From Mobula hypostoma (lineage: Eukaryota): 64,000 nucleotides of DNA. Location: positions 223,202,001 to 223,266,000 of the forward strand of contig NC_086097.1 in NCBI RefSeq assembly GCF_963921235.1, in the 5' to 3' direction. A program made the position numbers and the translations under genes. Under the pieces are notes generated by a model, which had not been told where the DNA came from, made no database searches, and was given only the letters and a program-made list of their open reading frames with translations. Below, one piece after another: positions 11,636 to 24,719 of this stretch (its first letter is position 1; the number at the start of each line of letters is the position of its first letter).

Positions 11636-13365
11636 GACCATAAGATATAGGAGCAGACACAGGCCATTTGGCCCATCAAGTCTGCTCTGCCATTCAATCA
11701 TGGGCTGATCCAATTCTTCCAGTTATCCCCACTCCCCTGCGTTCTCCCCATTCCCTTTGATGCCCTGGCTAATCAAAGACCTATCTATCTCTGCCTTAAA
11801 TGCACCCAATGACTTGGCCTCCACAACCGCTTGTGGCAACAAATTCCACAGATTTACCACCCTCTGACTAAAGTAATTTCTCCGCATTTCTGTTCTAAAT
11901 GGATGCCCTTCAATCCTGAAGTTGTGCCCTCTTGTCCTAGAATCCCCTACCATGGGAAATAGCTTTGCAATATCTAGTCTATTCAGGCCTTTTAACATCT
12001 GGAATGTTTCTATGAGATCCCCCTCATTCTCCTGAACTGCAGGGAATACAGCCCAAGAGCTGCCAGATGCTCCTCATACAGTAACCCTTTCATTCCTGGA
12101 ACCATTCTTGTGAATCTTCTCTAAACCCTCTCCAATGTCAGTATATCCTTTCTAAAATAAGGAGCCCAAAACTGCACACAATACCCCAAGTGTGGTCTCA
12201 CGAGTGCCTTATAGAGCCTCAACATCACATCCCTGCTCTTATATTCTATACCTCTAGAAATGAATGCCAACATTGCATTCACCTTCTTCACCACCGACTC
12301 AACTTGGAGGTTAACCTTTAGGGTATCCTGCAAAAAGACTCCCAAGACCCTTTGCATCTCTGCATTTTGAATTCTCTTCCCACCTAAATAATTATCTACC
12401 CATTTATTTCCTCCACCAAAGTGCATGACCATACACTTCCTAATATTTGCTACTTCTTTGCCCATTCCATATAATCATATAACCATATAACAATTACAGC
12501 ACGGAAACAGGCCAGCTCAGCCCTTCTAGTCCGTGCCGAACTCTTACTCTCACCTAGTCCCACCGACCTGCACTCAGCTCATAACCCTCCACTCCTTTCC
12601 TGTCCATATATTTATCCAATTTAACTTTAAACGACAACATTGAACCTGCATCGATTCCCTTAAACTATCTAAGTCTTTCTGCAGGCTCTCTGTTTCCTCA
12701 ACACTACCTGCTCCTCCACCTATCTTTGTATCATCAGCAAATTTAGCCACAAACCCATTAATCCCAAAGTCCAAATCATTGACATACATTGTAAAAAGCA
12801 GTGGTCCCAACATTGACCCCTGTGGAACTCCACTGGTAACCAGCAGCCAGCCAGAATAGGATCCCTTTACTCCTACACTCTGTTTTCTGCTGATCAGCCA
12901 ATGCTCTACCCATGCTAGTAATTTCCCTGTAATTCCATGGGCTCTTATCTTGCTAAGCAACCTCACATGCGACACTTGTCAAAGGCCTTCTAAAAATCCA
13001 AGTACAGTACACCACATCTACTGCATCTCCTTTGTCTACCCTACTTGTAAAATATGCATTCAGTTCCTCTGCCATCCCTGCGTCTCTCATTACAATATCT
13101 CCAGCGTCATGTTCTATTAGTCCTATATCTACCCTCAACTCTCGTTTACCCTTTATATACTTAAAAAAAACTTCTAGTATCTTCTTTGATATTAGTCACC
13201 AGCTTCCTTTCATAATTCATCTTTTCCTTCCTAATGACCTTTTTAGTTTCCTTCTGCAAGTTTTTAAAAGCTTCCCAATCCTCTATCTTCCCACTGGCTT
13301 TGGCTTCCTTGTATGCCCTCTCTTTTGCTTTTACTTTGGCTCTGACTTCACTTGTCAGCCACAGA
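11636..13365 (-). mobile_element. CR1 LINE (5'-truncated, decayed RT region)
   Basis: ORF fragments with GVPQGSMLGPLLF, KFADDTKIGG and LVRPHLGYCVQFWAP. The TCTTATGG-type tail is at about 11636. Confidence 0.9.
12468..12645 (-). mobile_element. Short LINE 3' end nested in the CR1
   Basis: A (CATATAAC)n tail at about 12468-12492 interrupts the host RT sequence, which resumes at about 12650. Confidence 0.7.
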
Positions 13366-15169
13366 GATAAGGGAGGTTTCTGATTAACAGAATGCTTAGA
13401 AGTAGCCGTGTGAAGGGCAATCAACAATGTTTGCTGTGGAAGTTTACCTACAACAGAAGAATAGATATGGTTGTTGATGAAGAAACCTAAAGAAAAGATT
13501 CTAGAGTTAGTTTACTGGATACAACACTCACCTTGAATTAGTATTGACAGTTTATGGCTTGCGACAGAGATTTCTGCTGATATCTATCACCCTCATGTGT
13601 ACACCGAGTCATGCTGCATTGTCAAAGATGTAGTCTTTCAAAAAAGATATTTAGTCAAGTCTCTGCCTGCTCCTTCTCAAGTGTACGTGAAAATGGCACC
13701 AATCGCTGAGGAGCTGGGAGATGCGTGTTCACCCATCATTGTCAATAAAACCCATCATATAGTTATCTACCTTATTTTTTGTGGGATCCTGCTATCTACA
13801 CATTGGTTGCAAAAATTCCTTACATGACATCAGCAACTAATTTTTGTTTAAATCAGTTGGAATCTTCTAGGGTTAAGCAAACATTATCGAGAATAAAAGG
13901 CAGCACACACTAATTAGGCCTAAATGTTTCCAGCTAGAAATTCTGAGGTAAACTTGCTTACTGCCTGACTATAATGCTGCAGTTTCTATAAACTGACTAT
14001 TTTTGGACCTGATTATTTTTATTTCCCCAAGGAGACTGGTTTGATCCTAACCTTTGCAGCAGGAAACCAGCACAATCGATCAGCTGCCTGTCTGTGTGCC
14101 CTTTTACTTTGAACTTATCAGAAATGGCACTGGGGATGGGGTGGTAAGGCTGTCACTTTTTGCAGTAATCAGTTGTTTGCAAAATGTTTTAAATGAAATT
14201 GAAGTAAACATTTAAAATATCTATCCAATAGTAGTGTAATCATTTGTAGGGCTCTTATTATTATAGCTATAACATACAAAGTTAAAGTCATTTTTCAAAT
14301 ATACATCTGGCAATCACAAAAAAAGGCATCACTGAACTTGGGAGAGGATTAAGCTGCTTATTTTACATCCTTCAATAGTGTCATCATCAAAATTAAGAGT
14401 CCTGAAATGGACAACCTGAAGAAACAACCATTGATAGCAGCTTCTCACCATTCCCTTCACTCTCTTTTTACCAGAAACTCTTAATGACACAACATTGGAG
14501 ACACACCGGCTTGTCATGTTAGTATCAATCTTTGACAGAGTCCTTCATACCTGCTCTTTCCCTGCATCCCTCTATTTTATCCAAGTCCATTTTTGCAATG
14601 TTAAGTTGAATTTAACTATACATAATAGGTCATACCGACTACATCACTTAAATTTCTTGTTCACAATCTTATCTTAAATCGACGTTCTTTGATTGCTGTC
14701 CCTATTGTCACTAGAAAAGTTAACCCTTACTTACTTAAATTAAGCCGCATTACTTAACTTTTCAAAATCCCTCCTATACCCAATTTCTAAAGGCCTTTTC
14801 TCCAATTTAAAATACAAAGGATTAATTTCAAATGAATATTCACTTTAGGATACTAATTTTTAACTTGTTACCATACATTTCAACCCTTTACCAAAATGAT
14901 AAATTTGCACAGACCAATTTTCTAAAATCTCTAATTTGAGTTATTTTGCAAAAAAAAGATTGTAATCTTTCCAAATCATCTTACAGCATTTCAGGTGTTG
15001 TCTGCAAAGTTCCTTATGACTTTTTATATCTGTGCCCTCTCTCTTCCACTACAATTCCAGTAAGATTTTTTTTATAACAGGGATATTTGGATGTAAACTG
15101 TACCATTTGAGCCACAGGATGGTCCAACAATTAAAAGCACTAGAAGTAATTTCTTTAGTTCAGGTGACT

Positions 15170-15440
15170 GTACTGTAAATCATCATTTTTCAAACAGCAA
15201 TGAGATAGATACCAACTAATCTTGATTTTTGTGCTGCTTTTGACAAATGTTAAGTGTTGCCAAGGACACCAGGAGAACTCCGATGCTCTTTGTTGTGTGA
15301 TGAGATTTTTTAAGTAGGCCGGAGAAGAGAAACACGGCCTCGGTTTAATGATTCATTCGAGGCATATTCCCTTCTACAACATAGCAGTCCACAGAGTGGT
15401 AATGAATTGTTGCATTAGGTTATAGCCTCAAACTCCATGA
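15170..15440 (-). mobile_element. Ancient Deu-domain-like SINE (SacSINE1/AmnSINE1-like), degenerate
   Basis: The plus strand has GGCCTCGGTTTAATGATTCATTCGA, recalling the reverse complement of the DeuSINE core. Recognised from memory only. Confidence 0.45.
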
Positions 15441-15819
15441 GCACAGCCAAGCAGTTATCTGAGGAACAACCTCTCCAGTTGCTGCAGTTCTTCTGGGGAA
15501 GACACTGCCAGAGTGTTGTTGCGTAGATACCTGTCCCATTAATGGTAAAGAAACAGCAACACATTTCTAGCCAGTGTGAAACTTGAGCAGAATGTATGGT
15601 TAGTGGGAGGGACTTGTTGCCCTACTCTTCTTTGATGGTAGGGAGGGAGTCGTGGGTTTGGAAGATGACAATTCTTGAACATAAAGTTGAGAGTACTATC
15701 TTTTTCACTTTGTAAATAACTTCACAAGATGTTGTGTTTCGTTATATTATGTTTGTTTATATATATAGTTAATAATCAAAATATATTATAGACTCATGAT
15801 TAATAAACTTTATCACAAT

Positions 15820-16350
15820 TGAGAAGGCAAATGCAATGTGAGTAGTCAGTTTGACAAGACTAGAATATAAAAATGAGGATGTAATGCTGAAGCTTTATAA
15901 GGCATTAGTGAGACTGCAGCTGGAGTATAGTGAGCAGTTTCGGGCCCCTTATCTAAGAAAGGATGTGCTGACATTGGAGAGGGTCCAGAGGAAGTTCACA
16001 AGAATGATTCCGGGAATGAAAGGGTTAAAATGAGGCGTGTTTGATTGCTGTTGGCCTGTACTCACTGGAGTTTAGAAGAATGAGTGGGGATCTCATTGAA
16101 GCCTATCAAATATTGAAAGGCCTACTTAGAGTGGACGTGGACAGGATATTTCCTATAGTGGAAGAGCCTAGGACAAAGAGGATACATTCCTTTAGAACAG
16201 AGATCAGGAGGAATTTCTTTAGTTAGAGGGTGGTGAACCTGTGGAATTCATTGCCACAGACAGCTGTGAAAGCAAAGTCTCTGGATATATTTATAGCAGA
16301 GGTTAATAGATTCTTGAATAGTAAGGATGTCAAATGTTGCAGGGAGAAGG
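15820..16350 (+). mobile_element. CR1 LINE 3' coding fragment
   Basis: ORFs LYKALVRLQLEYSEQFRAPYLRKDVLTLERVQRKFTRMIPGM and RRMSGDLIEAYQILKG. Confidence 0.85.
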
Positions 16351-16549
16351 TCTCATGAAAATAAAATTGAAGACCTCAGAGCAAGAATGCTGTACCAGAG
16401 GGACACCAGGGACAGCTTTGTACTTTGCTTTATGGTAACATGGCTATCTCCCACCATTTTGACGCAGTGCTGTAGCTTGATGGCTTCATGATTCTCTGCA
16501 AAGGCAAGAGAGCTGAATCTTTTAAAGGCAGAGGAGGTGGAGTATGCTT

Positions 16550-18508
16550 TATGATTAACTCATCGTAGTGCACAAATGTGGTAGTTCTGTATCAGCCCTG
16601 CTCACCCGACTTGGAACACCTAGTGGTCAAGTGTCATCCGTTTTATCTGCCAAGGCAATTGTCCGCCATCATCCTGGTAATGGCGTAGCTGAGGGCTAGA
16701 TGTGTGGCATTCAAGAGCAGTGATCCAGAAATATTCAAGAAATGCAGATACGACCTATGGAAGGCTATTTTAAGGCCAAAAAAAAAGCCAATTGCGATTG
16801 AGGTTCGAGACAGACTCAGATGCATATCAGCTCTGGCAGGGTTTGCAGGCCATTATTTCCTACAAAGTGAAACATAACATCTTGAATGGCTGAGATGCTT
16901 TACTCCCAGATGAGCTCAACGCTTTGAAAGGGAGAATAAGACTACACCTGTGCAAATCCCTGCAGCATCCGTGACTCTGTGATCTCTGTCTCAGAGACCG
17001 ACATTGGAATATATTTCAAAAGGGTGAACCCTTGCAAGGATTCAGGCCCCGATGGTGTACTTCATGGCACTCTGAAAACGTGTGCCAACCAACTGGCAAG
17101 GCCACGTTCAATCTCTCACTGCTGCAGTTGGAGGTTCGCACCAGCTTCAGAAGGGCGACAATCATGCCAGTGTCCAAGAAGACCAGGGTGAGCTGCCTCA
17201 GTGACTATCACCCAGTTGCACTCACGTCTATTGTGATGAAGAGCTTTGAGAGGTTAGTCATGGCTAGAATCAACTCCTGCCTAAGCAAAGACCTGGACCC
17301 GATGCAATTTGCTTATTGGAATAAGAGGTCTACAGCAGTTGCAATCTCACTGGCTCTCCACTTGGCCTTGGATAACATGGACAAAAGGAATAACTACATC
17401 AGGCTGCTGTTTATTGACTACAACTCAGTGTTCAACACAATCATACCTTCTGTTCTAATTAATAAACTCCAAAACGTGGACCTCTGTACCTACCTCTGCA
17501 ACTGAATCCGTGACTTCCTCACTGAAGACCACAGTGCGTGGATCAGAAGTATCATCTCTTCGTTGACAGCCAAGACTGGTGCCCCTCAAGGATGTGTGCT
17601 TATCCCACTGCTCTGCTCCATCTACACCTACAACTGTGTGACTAGACATAGCTTAAAAGCTATCCATAAATTTGCCGATGACACAACAATTATTGGCAGA
17701 GCCTCAGATGGTGATGAGGAGGTGTACAGGACAGGGACAGAGCAGTTGGTTGAGCGATGTCACAGCAACAACCTTGCACTCAGTATCAGTAAGACTAAGG
17801 AATTTCCCTTCCTGAAGTCCAGTGACCAGTCCTCATCCAGGGATCAGAAGTGGAAAGGGTGAGCAGTTTCAAGTTCCTGGGAGTCATCATCTCTGAGGAT
17901 CTATCCTGCCCAACATACTGATGCAGTTACAAAGAAAGCATGACAGAGGCAATGTTTCATCAGGAGTTTGAGGAGACTGAAGACACTCACAAATTCCTAC
18001 AGGTGTACCATGGAGAGAATTCTAACTGATTCCATCACTGTGTGGTATGGAGGGACCACTACACAGGGTTGGAAAAAGCTGCAGAAAGTTATAAGTTCTG
18101 CCAGCTCCATCGCAGGCACTAGCCTATCCAGCATCGAGGACACCTTCAAAAGGCGATGCCTCAAAGAAGTTTCATCCACCATTAAGGACCCCCCATTACC
18201 AAGGACATGTTCTCTTCTCGTTGCTACCATCAAGAAGGAGGTACAGGAGCCTGAAGACACACACTCAACGTTCCAGGAACAACCTCTGCCTCTCCGCCAT
18301 CAGATTTCTGAATGGACAATAGACCCGTGAACACTACCTCAATATTTTTCCCTCCCTTTTTGCTCTGCTTACTTAATTTAATTTTCCTTTTTATATATAC
18401 TTGCTATAATTTGTAGTTTTTATTTTTATGTATTACAATGTACTATTGCCACAAAGCAACACATTTCATGGCATATGCCACTGATATCAAACCTGATTCT
18501 GATTCTGA
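16550..18508 (+). mobile_element. Rex1/Babar-like LINE, decayed
   Basis: RT motifs DYHPVALTSIVMKSFERLV, LLFIDYNSVFNTI, GAPQGCVLIPLL and KFADDTTIIG. The tail (CTGATT)n is at about 18492-18507. Confidence 0.88.
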
Positions 18509-18809
18509 GGGTTGAGAGGGAAAATAGATCAGCAGACTTGATGGGCAAAACAGCCTAATTCTGCTCCTGTGCATTATGGTCAAATTCCATTTGGCAATAA
18601 AGTTTGCTGGGACTGTTATTGGATGGAAATTTAAGAACTTTTGTTAGTTTTTCTGCACATTGATTTTCCACTTAAAATATCAAAGTTAAATACATGTCAG
18701 CTAACATAAAAGAAATGACACAGAGAGGTACAGCACAGAAACAAACCATCTTAATTAAACCCCTTACCGAACCTCTTATAGAATTGTTTAAAATTATCAG
18801 GTCAGCTTA

Positions 18810-20530
18810 ACCCTGATACCCACGATGGACTGAGCTGTATCCACTACTTTTTGTAAGCTTTTCCATACAAGGACCATGGTGCTTCCATACCAGGCCGTGA
18901 TGCAACCAGTCAATACACTCTCCACCACACATCTAAAGAAGTTTCTCAAAGTTTTAGATGACATGCAGAATCTTCGCAAACCTCTAAGAAAGCCACTGCC
19001 ATGTTTTCTTCATAATGGCACTTACATGCTGGGAGGTATTGAGGCCCAGGTCTTGAAACTTATTGATAAGTTTTGAGGAGATGATAGTATTGAATGCCAA
19101 ACTGTAGTCAAAAAAGAGCACATCTAAAAGGAGTGGCCTCATCACCAAGGACTCCCACCATCCAGACCATGCTCTCTTCTCATTGCTGCCATCAGGAAGG
19201 TGATGCAGGGGCCTCAGGACCCACACCACAAGGTTCAAGGTTCAAAGTTCAAAGGTTCCTTTATTATCAAAGTATACAACTCTGAAATGCTTCTTCTCTG
19301 AGTATCCATGAAACCAAGAAAGAAAAGAAAGGCAGCACAATCATCAACTCCCAAATCCCCCTTCCATGCACAAAAAAGCAAACAAAAACAGAACAGGCAT
19401 ATTGACCCCCAAATCCCACACCCCCACACAAATAAAATGAGCAAGATCGGACAAAAAACACAGATTACAAAAGAACTATAAGACCGGGAAAAGTCTATAG
19501 TCCAAGTCCATATCCAAAACGCAGAAAACCTGGGCAACATTCTCTGGGCAGGCTCCCCCCTCTCCAGTATTGTAGCAGAGTGATCCTCAGCGATCAAATG
19601 GCAGGCAGCTTGCGCTCACTGTCCACACTCTTCTTGATGCTTCAATCTCCCTTGTTGCTTTATTTGGCACACAATGGAAGCTTTAATTGGCAAAATGGAG
19701 TTAAACATTAACTTGCACCCTGTCTCACAGCCTCCACCCCATGCGGTTAATGCACACTGCCTCCGTTGTCTGGAATCCTCTCATAGACTGTAGAGTGCTG
19801 AAGCGCCCAAACGATCTCCAAACTTCCACATTCGCTTCGATGTTTCAACCTCCTTATTGCTTTGGTGAACAACGGAAGCTTTAATTGACAAAATAGAATT
19901 GAATATTGGCTCGCACCTTGCAGCTGTACCACAGCCTGTCCGCCTTGATGTTCACGCACGCTGCTTCTGTCTCCCCGAATCCTCTCAGGGACTGCAGGGC
20001 ATTGGAGCACCCAAACGATCTCCAAACAGCAAATTACAGACTCCAACAAATCCAGAATCACATCCAAGATGAAAAACAAATGTAAAAGACATAAAAGAAG
20101 TGAAATATATGGTTTCATGATCTATCCAGAGGATGTCGACCGAAGCAGCGTTGTACGCAGGCGTCATCTTGACCCGAAGGAACAGTTTAGGAACAGTTAT
20201 GGCCCATCAACCATCAGGATCTTGAACCAGAGGGGATAACTTCACTTGCCCCATCGCTAAACTGTTCCTAGAAACTATGGAGTCACTTTCAAGGACTTTG
20301 CATCTCATGTTCTCAATATTTTTTATTTATTCATTTATTTGTTTGTTTATTCTTTGCTTGCATTTGCACAGTTTGATGTCTCTTGCACATTGGATGCTCT
20401 TCTGTCCTGCTGGGTATGGTCTTTCATTGTGTTTCTTATATTTAATGTGAATTCCCACAAGGCAATGGATTTCAGGGTTCTATATGGTGAAATATATCTA
20501 CTTTGATAATAAATTTACTTTGAACTTCAA
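18810..20530. mobile_element. Rex1/Babar-like LINE derivative with an inverted 5' part, interrupted by a second element
   Basis: 18810-19105 is antisense (FDYSLAFNTII...VESVLTGCITAWYG...TAQSIVG). 19115-19235 plus 20180-20530 is the sense 3' part, ending AATAAATTTACTTTGAACTT. Confidence 0.75.
19238..20172 (-). mobile_element. Non-autonomous retroelement (~0.94 kb) with a (TTGAACY)n tail and an internal tandem duplication
   Basis: The minus-strand 5' end is CAAGATGACGCC and the 3' end is AATAAAGGAACCTTTGAACTTTGAACC. A repeated unit of about 200 bp lies at 19630-19830 and 19835-20030. Confidence 0.7.
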
Positions 20531-21156
20531 ACTCAAATGTCTGTTAAGATCTTAAAAGGACAAGAAAACATTTAAAGATAAGTATTCATAATTAATATGC
20601 TGGAACTATGTAATTAAATTAGTAAATAATTGCTGTAAAGAATGCGGTTGTTGAACAGGATTCCTCAAGAGGAGCCCAATATCAATATGCAACTGTAAAT
20701 GGAGCAGTGGTAACAGCCCAGTAAAGAGTCAGGATTTCTGTGTTCGTTTTCACTGTGCCACACAAAATATTTGGGCAGATTTCCAAAATTTAGTCAAATG
20801 ACAGATTTTAAGGATTATCTTAGAGAAGGAAAGAGTCAGAGAAGTGGAGATTCAGTCCATGGTTGCCCATAGTGATTTGTCTCTTTAAGAGTCTTCTTGT
20901 CTGACTCAGACAAGAATGCTACCGAATGAACTGATCTCACAGCAACAATTTCATCAAGGAACAGACAAGAAACCACCATAATGACTGTACACTTCCGCAC
21001 ATTGAAATAGATCTGCCAACTGTTTTCTCAGTTGGTTAAGTTACTTTATAACTAGGCTGCTTTGCTACTTTTTATCTGATGTCTTGTATACTTTTTATTA
21101 TTTACTTATATCTAGTAGGGAAAAGAATAGTTTCACTGAGAACTGCTGTACTTTAC

Positions 21157-21245
21157 ATTTCAATGGATCCATTTTCCACATTGACTACACCTTCCACTGG
21201 GTCGAGTCCTTGTTCAGATAGCTGTTTCAAGGCATTTAAAGCTGC
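21157..21245 (-). CDS. STAU2: Staufen homolog 2, penultimate coding exon (89 nt, end of dsRBD5)
   Basis: Acceptor ttgtttttggttccacag|GCA and donor AT|gtaaag. Encodes AALNALKQLSEQGLDPVEGVVNVENGSIE, matching recalled human AALSALKQFSEQGLDPIDGAMNIEKGSLE. Its phase is compatible with the exon at 9424-9556. Confidence 0.95.
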
Positions 21246-21779
21246 CTGTGGAACCAAAAACAAATTTTTGTAAGTTTCACAGTAATTACAAGTTTCCCAT
21301 AATATCAATCACTTTTTTTTTCTTATTCATTCTCGAGAACTATAAATCTTATACCGTATGTATACAGTATTCTGGAATACAAGTAATTATATTAAATATA
21401 ATCCATTCATTCTATGTAATGCTACACCCTGGGTTTTTATATTAATGTAATTAATATTACCTTTCAAGATGAGACCTTTTAAATAATCTAAGCATTTCCA
21501 CTTACGGAATCGTCTTTAATAGATTACTTAGAACAGTGTATTTCTAAAATTACGCCAGAAAACCAGCAAAGCTATTCAGATCATTGTGTGTGCAAGAACT
21601 TTTTCAGAATATATGCCTGAATGGAACAGTACAATAATTATCTCAGCTCAGCTACCATTCAGAGATTTGACTAACATACTACACTTAGCCAGCCTCCTCT
21701 CTCCTGCCCTTTGTTAACTTAAGGTCATCTAACACGTTCCAGTCACGTCCTAAACTCACAGCCAGTGCAGTTCACCCAC

Positions 21780-22147
21780 CAACTGTTTTTGCTGACCAAT
21801 ATAAGCAACATTTCTGTCTCATATATTTCCAAATCCTTCAGTTCTCACTCCTCTCTACACGATGCCCTCCAGTCCTAGCTTTTTTATCCCTAAATGCAAG
21901 CGTCTCACCAGTGGGAGCCACATCTTCAGCTGACAAGGACCTAGCCACTGGATATTCTTCACTGAATCTCACCTCTTCTCCACCTCTCTTTTCTCATACA
22001 AGATACACCTGAAAACCTACCTTTTGGCTAAGCTTTTAGTCATCTTCCAAACTACTTTCAACTACTGCTTGATAATGCTTCTTTGAGGCACTTTGGGATG
22101 TTTTGTTATGTTAAAGATGCTAAGTAAATATAAATCAGTGCTGTTGT
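21780..22147 (+). mobile_element. Old L2-like LINE 3' end
   Basis: Contains CTGAAAACCTACCTTTT and a terminal GCACTTTGGGATGTTTT...GTTAAAGATGCT..TAAATATAAAT...TGTTG, typical of L2 tails. Confidence 0.5.
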
Positions 22148-23606
22148 GTTTAGAAAACCTACTATAAAAAGTGATTTTACATTCTATGTTCATGACAGAA
22201 TGGTTTGTTTTACAACTTTGAACATAATACCCAAGTGTGAGCTCACAACTGAAGTTGCATCGCTAGTCTCCACAATCGCATTTGGCTCTAATGCAAAAAG
22301 CATGCATCAGAACATTAAACAGCCATGGAATTTGATGTCCCCACAAGGTCAATCAATCACAAGCTAAGTCTAGAAACATACGGACATTGAAATGGGAGCA
22401 AAGAAGGCTGCTTCGTCATTCACTAAGATCATGGTTAACCTAGCTGTACACTCAACTCTGCACTTCCCTAGTAAATCATTGCTCCCCTCCCTGCTTACAA
22501 AGCATCGAAGCATCTGTCTACCTCTGGCTTGAAAATGTTCAAAGGCTCAGCTTTCACCACCCTTTCAGAAAACGACTCACAAACTTCTGAAAAAATACAA
22601 ATGATCAATGGGTACTTCAGGAAACAAAAAAAAATAACGTCATTATGTTGTTGAAAAAAAGAATAGAACCAATTGTCTGTCATCACTTCTATTATGGTAT
22701 TATATAGAATTGCTACAATGACATTTCGTAACATGGTGATGTATTTCAAGGCAGATTATGTGGCTAACGAAAAGCTCATTTAGTTATTCTAATCTGTGCT
22801 ATTGAAAGCAGCAAACAGCCATTTGTCATAGGTCGCAGAGGAAGGAAATACAAATCAGTCAATACCACCATTTAAAAAACTTTTCATGTTGTAGATTTTC
22901 CCAAGAATTTCAGTTGGTATAGTCTCAGTCAAAATATGTAAAATTAAAATCAGAATTAGTAATACCTCTTCAGATAAAGTCGTGTCCTAAAAGAAATTAC
23001 CCTAGCCATCAATGAGTAAAATAACACAGTCCCTTGGTAATGGGCTGGGGTTGCAGCAAGGACAAATGAAACATTCACTTCACCAAATACTTACAACTCT
23101 CACAGGGGACTACCGGAAGAAATGCCTTGGCTTCTTAAGGAGCTTGGCATATTGAAATTCATATGTCAACTCCTAGATCAGATAAATTACACATCAACTA
23201 AAGAAATTCATTTATAAAACAAAGCCACCTCACAGTTAAAAGTCAGCCTAGCCTGCAGCACAGAACACTTGTATACGTTTCTGAGAGCCTAACTCAGTAC
23301 CTGTTGGAAAATTGGAGGCCAGACCTTTCAAGTACATTTTTGATCCTCCGAGCACATTATTTTTGGTGTAAAATTGTGTAAAAGTGTGGCATCAACAGTT
23401 GGGGAAGATGCAGAATTTATGAGCAGTGAGATTTTCAACTTTACTGGCTTAAAAAATTACATTTCTTATTAATTTGCACAACAAGTTAATTTACTGACCC
23501 TGTATCCTCTGAAACCATACCAGTTAAAAGGCCAGCAATCAAATTGCATCCGTTATCATCACTGAGATATGTAATTTCCTGCACCTCAAAGCTGATGCAT
23601 ACACCG

Positions 23607-23915
23607 AGGCGGCATGGTAGCATAGCACTACAACAGTGCCAGCAACCCGAGTTCAATTTTGCCGCTGTCCAGAAGGAAAATGCACATTCTTCCCGAGATC
23701 ACATGGGTTACCTCCAGGTGCTCCAGTTTCCCACACAATCCAAAGACATCTTGGTTAAGATTAGCAAATTGGGCAATGCTAGGTTGGCGCTGGAAACACT
23801 TGCACGTCCTAGCACGTTGACCCTCGCACATCCTCAGACTGCGTTGATCGTTGACACAAACGATGCATTTCACGGTATGTTTCAATGTGCACGTTACAAA
23901 TAAATCTAATCTTTA
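23607..23915 (+). mobile_element. V-SINE/HE1-like SINE
   Basis: tRNA-like head GGCGGCATGGTAGC...GAGTTCAATT, then the V-domain-like TGGGTTACCTCCAGGTGCTCCAGTTTCCCACACAATCCAAAGAC, then a LINE-like tail. Confidence 0.75.
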
Positions 23916-24719
23916 AAAAAAAACATTGTTCCTGAAGGATTTGTTCATAGTCCAACTAAGCTTCCTGACCTCTGACATATAGCAATTAGCTGCAAGCTAT
24001 TGCATTAACCCAAGTCCAAACTCAAAGGCAGATGACCTCATCTAGACACAGGCCTCCAGTTTGAGAAACAACCTTCAACTGTCAACCTCTGCTTCTTACT
24101 ACTGAGTCAACAACATGCAATGAGTTTTGTGTGTTCTCCAAGAATATCCTATATTATTTTCATTGTTAAACCTAGGAGACAATTCTCTTTTCACCGAGCG
24201 AACTGTTCAAACCTAGAGCACTCTATGTCAAGGAACTAGAGAGGCAAATAGCATGCGGACACATGCAAAGAGAGTAGATAATATTGACATGTTTAAGTGA
24301 AGGAGGATGAGAGGAATTCCATTTATTGCCATTTATTGATATTTGCATAGTTTGTTATCTTCCGGTTGATCTTTCATTTATCCTGTTATAGTTACTATTC
24401 AAAAGAGTTGCTGAGTGTACTGGCAGAAAAAAACTGAATCTCAGGGTTGTACGTGGTGACACATGTCTACTCTGACAATAAAATTTGCTTTGAACTTTGA
24501 AGCATAAATGATTTTTGGGTCAAATTGGCTAGTTTCTTATTGTCACTGCGTATTAATGTAAACTGTTAAATAGACTCTACAACACACTGAGAGAGGATCC
24601 TCTGGACAGAAAGAAGGGGCATTTTACAAATCAATGTTCACCAAGATCATTAGGAATGTATAGTGTGATTTGGATGTGCACACAGTGAACAAAGGTGCAC
24701 AAATCTGTCAATTAATGTT

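Noticed and set aside
14329..14517. 62-aa minus-strand ORF with an internal acceptor-like site in the STAU2 intron
   Set aside because: No STAU2 similarity and no convincing donor; the flanking STAU2 exons already join in phase.
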